This document shows, piece after piece, positions 21,862 to 64,000 of a stretch of 64,000 nucleotides of DNA (its first letter is position 1; each line of letters opens with the position of its first letter). The notes beneath the pieces were generated by a model. The model saw nothing but the letters and a program-made list of their open reading frames with translations, did no database searches and was not told the origin of the DNA. Source of the stretch: Lama glama (Eukaryota). The position numbers were made by a program, and so were the translations under genes. The stretch is taken from positions 11,038,001 through 11,102,000 of the forward strand of contig CM052816.1 in the NCBI GenBank assembly GCA_028534125.1. Direction: 5' to 3'.

Positions 21862-24800
21862 ATGACTTTCATAGCAAAACAAATTGCGATTAGTGTATTT
21901 ATTTGTAATGTTGCTTATCAATATTGTTGACTTTGCCATATGATACATGATAAAATTATTACCATTGAGTTACAAAAATGCTTCACAGCCTGCATTTTCA
22001 AAATGTGCAATTTGGTAAGTAGAATATCCTATTAGGAGTAATAATTATGTTTCAGAATTATAACCTGGCTGTCCTAAGATTTAACTGTGTTGTATGAAGT
22101 TGTTTCTGTCACAAGTGATTAGAAAGGCCAGCTCTTCTGTCATTCGTCCAGTGGCTGTTTTATTAGGTACCCCTTAGCATCAGTCTTATACGAGCTGGAG
22201 AAGGGCTTATCTGTCAAAGGCTAACCTCTTTACCTTTAGTTTCTTCCTGAACCTGCTAACCCTAGCTTCACCCATCAAACTATTTCACACAACCAAAGCT
22301 CAAAATCTATTTCCACTATAAAGAGACTTTTCTTGAACATATACATTTTAATGAGTTACCTTCATGTGCTTAAAAAGTGTTACTTAATGAAAATCCATAC
22401 AGAATTTCCATGCTGAATTTTGCAGAATAAGGAACATCACCTTATTCTAATTCTGGGCTAATTTCGAACCATGGCTTATTTTGGCTAAGTTTTAAGTAAA
22501 TTCAGACTTCATCTTATACTAAAACCTGCCTCTTTTTAAAGCACGGCAGTGAGCCTTCAGTTTCTAACTTTGGGGATTTTAGTAGCTTAGCACGACATTC
22601 TATATTCTAATTTGGAAAAAGAACTTAAGCTGAAAGCAGTCTGTTCCTCCCAACATCTCCTCTCAAGATAAACCAGAAGCTATGATTTAAAACCTATGTA
22701 TTAATTCACAAAGGTAACCCTCAAATATAAAGATGGTCATCTTGTTAAATGAGTATTAAACTCACCCATAACATTGAACGGGAATCCTGCTCAACTTTTA
22801 AAATACCTCAGAGCTTTTAAGTTATAAAGATAATCAAGAGTAATGAGAGAAAGAGAGACAGAGAAATTAGTAGGGAAAAGAGAAAATTCAAGGGGCACAA
22901 GACAGAGAATTTGGCTAAGAATAGAAAACAAGGCAATGCCAAAAGAAAAGCAGTAAAATTAATTTTGTGTCCCCAAACATATTACCAGTGTAATTTGAAT
23001 AAAAGGCAATAACCATTCAATTTACAGCAAGTTAAAGCATACCCAACGAAATATGATGATGATACACTTCCTCCCCTATTAAATATATAATAAGGACATT
23101 TATGCATGATTCTTGGTTACTCTGTAATGGAATTCTGGGATACTTTCACTAATTCTTCTCTCTGAAAAAAAAATCTGTATTTAGTACAAGCAATGGAAAA
23201 AATATAAAAACATTGTGGATGGAATTTTTCTTAAAAAAACAAGTTCAGTCTGTAGGTTTTTTGGTTTGTTCATTCTTTACAAACGGTCGTGGTTTGTTTT
23301 TCTAACTCAGAAGGTAAGAGCTGTTTTCTTTTGCTTTGGTCCATTACAGATTCTATTTTAAGGCTCAGATCACATACATTTTGTGAGACAGTAGTTATAT
23401 AATGGGATTACCTTTAAAACTGTGACAAACTATTTGAATTAAAGATTTCTGTGTTCATTATCTACAGTAAATGTAGGATGTAAAGCTTCCAGTGTTTGAC
23501 ATTTCTACTTATAAACAAATAAAAACAATTATGTTTTACTTCAGATATTCTGGAGACTTGAGCTGTTTTTGTCTTGAATGCTGCTTTTGAAATCATCACT
23601 GAGCACAACAGGGCTTCACAGGCAGCTGCGACCTTAATGTTGGCACAGGGCTCAGGACTCACTGACCCACGGATTTCTAAAGAGTCTGCTGACAGGCACC
23701 AAATCAAGATGCAGATACTGAAACATAGTATAATTACAATAACTCTCTCATTAAGAACCTAATATATACAAAGTCCTGACTTGATCCCTTCCAGAAGTCT
23801 GCCTAGAAAAGTTTGATTTGCACCTTATGTGAAAAAACTAATCCCAAACACAAATGTAGGAAATTAGAATAGATATCACCAAACCATTTTCTTCACACTG
23901 TCCTACAGTGAGAAACAAAACGTAGTCAGTGGGCAAACAATACTCTGTGGAATTCAGAAAACAAAATTAAGCATTCGAGAAACTGCACCATTGTAGGACA
24001 GCCGTATTTCTTAAGTAGTTGTGTTCCTCTTGGCAAACACTTCAGTTTCAGTCCTGACAGAGCTTCAAAATCACTCAGTGGACTTACAATAAAAATGAAC
24101 ATCAAAAAAAGGGGAAAAACAACAAAAACCCATGTCCTGTTAACTACCAATTTTGTACATTAAGACCCTAGCAGATAATCCAGTCCAGGCTTCTACAAAG
24201 AGTCCACGTAATTTCTGTGGCACTTACTATACTTAAGCTAAGCAGCAAGTCACATGGATGTGACTGTCTTATGTGTGGGATATATGGCTGTGTCTGTGTG
24301 GACGTGACACACACGGATCTACTGTGTTCCCTCCTGCGTTCTGCTGCAATCATAGCAGGGAAAATAAATTATCCTATTAACATGTATCTTTCTTTAACAT
24401 TTTATTTATGCAGTAACTCTGAAACTAGAAATCTACAAAGGAACGAAATAGAAGGATCTTTCTAAACTGGCGAGGTAAGGCTAGAAAGAGCAATTGGGAA
24501 TCAAAGGTAAGTTACGTGAGATCATGTGTATGACACACTGAAAGGAGTCCAAAAAGGTATCCATCATCAATACGCTAATATAAAAAGACAAAAACGAGAA
24601 AACAAAAAAAAAATCAGCATCTTCTTGCTATGAAGCCATAAGATACTAAGAGACTGAGCACCAAAATGGTTCTTTACATATTCCTTCCCTTTTAAGCTGC
24701 AAATTATTTATTATTATATTCACACCTTTAAAAACGATGTGCTAGTCAAGATTTAAAGTAAGCTTTCTTTGTGCCAAATTACATTTGCCACTGCTTTGAA

Positions 24801-24874
24801 GAACAGGTTAAAATTAGTATTTATAAATTACATAACAATAATCAGATACAATCCACATATATAAAAAGGGCTGG

Positions 24875-24880
24875 TTTATT
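24875..24880 (-). terminator. Candidate TCERG1 polyadenylation signal AATAAA
   Basis: tttatt on + strand, about 850 nt past the TCERG1 stop, followed on - by U/GU-rich sequence. Confidence 0.6.
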
Positions 24881-25725
24881 GTAGTTCAAATACATAAACT
24901 GAACATTCAAACATCTTAAAATTAAACTTTAGAAACAAAAATTTAACATTCAAACAAGAGTATACTTTACAGGGAACACCCAAGAAAGGTAATTTGTTGT
25001 CTAATCCAGAATATTGGTAAAGATCACTTAATGGTGAATAAAGTGTATTTAACCAGCAGTCCTAGTCTGACCAACATGTTAGTTATGACCGTGCTTCCAT
25101 ACCTGAGAAGAATTACTAAATAAATCTTCTCTTAGGCTAAACAACAAGACGTGGCCTATAATCCAAAGGGATAATCAAAGCACATAAGTGAACAAATAAA
25201 ACGAAAGTGTTCTTTAGAGACAAAGGTAAAAGTATGTCCATTATAATAATCTTAGCCTCTGGAAGATAAGAATTCAATTTTCAGTGTTTTTTCTTTTACC
25301 CGCTTTAAGAAACAAAATCAAAACAAAACAAACTCCAACTTAGGTTTTTCTGGAGTCTGTGGTACTTGCATCTTGCAAGTTCAAACCACAAACGCTCTTA
25401 CGTCTTGCATGTGTAACACTGCTAGAAAGAACGTCACCAAAGGTCACTGATTTCCACACCTCATAAAAGGATGATTTTTAGCTTCAAGATTTTAGATTTA
25501 CTAGACAGCCTACGTTTGAGTATGTATGTCAGTCATGCCACACAAAGAAAAGCATAAATATTTCCAAAGTGTTCTCTGTTCAGAAACTGTTCACGAATGC
25601 TTCTCCGTCTGTTCATCAGATGGTTTTGCAATAGTTTGACTAATGCACATACATGTAAAAACCTGAAAATTGGCTCATGCAAGCGTTTTGAATTAACAGA
25701 TACCCCTGTGGCAGAGTATTCAGAA

Positions 25726-63551
<37,826 letters not shown>

Positions 63552-64000
63552 CTGTAAAATGGATAAGCAAGCATACGTTGGAAAGCTGCCATTGTATGTC
63601 GGCTACCACTGGGATTCAGGGAAATAATTTACCACTACAATTTAGAATGCTATTTCCAATGAAAAAGACCAAGAATGGAGCAAAACTTCTGTCTGACATT
63701 TTGTGGGAAGTGGTGCCAAATCTAATGATAACTGATTCTAAATTGTATCATCAATTACCTTTTTATAAACCAGCTCTGACAGTATTTGAAGGAGCTTTAA
63801 ATTCAACAAAAGAAAGCCCCTTCAATACATATACATAACAAGTTCTTAAGTGGGACATTTTCCCACAGGACATCAAACCCATGCTGCTCTAGACACCAGT
63901 GAAAGGCAGATGCAGCATGACACTGACCAGACACTTTCTCTGTGCTGCTGCTCACGGGGAACTACATGCAGAAGCTGAGGCATGGAGCATAACCATGAAG

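Noticed and set aside
20534..21948. Antisense and alternate-frame ORFs over GPR151
   Set aside because: Shadow ORFs of a real CDS

Overview
Mammalian genomic DNA, most likely camelid (alpaca/llama/camel), judged from six copies of a tRNA-Ala-derived Vic-1-type SINE. It holds two convergent protein-coding genes. GPR151 is an intronless orphan GPCR on the + strand (20599-21861). TCERG1/CA150 is on the - strand and partial: 18 coding exons traced from 63551 to the stop at 25726, all with GT-AG borders and a continuous frame, including 63-nt and 51-nt cassette exons absent from the ORF track. The rest is intergenic or intronic sequence rich in L1, L2, MIR, MaLR/ERV LTRs and hAT MER elements; repeat family names are by eye. 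Best leads: (1) a probable L1 3' transduction with 5' inversion (8651-10452); (2) an orphan CpG-island promoter at ~16 kb with a perfect ETS inverted repeat, back-to-back splice donors, an open 171-nt exon-like unit and an MSR1-like minisatellite; (3) candidate poison exons and decoy splice sites in TCERG1; (4) a sense-oriented ERV solo LTR 1.6 kb upstream of GPR151. No prokaryotic systems are present, and most ORF-track entries are spurious.
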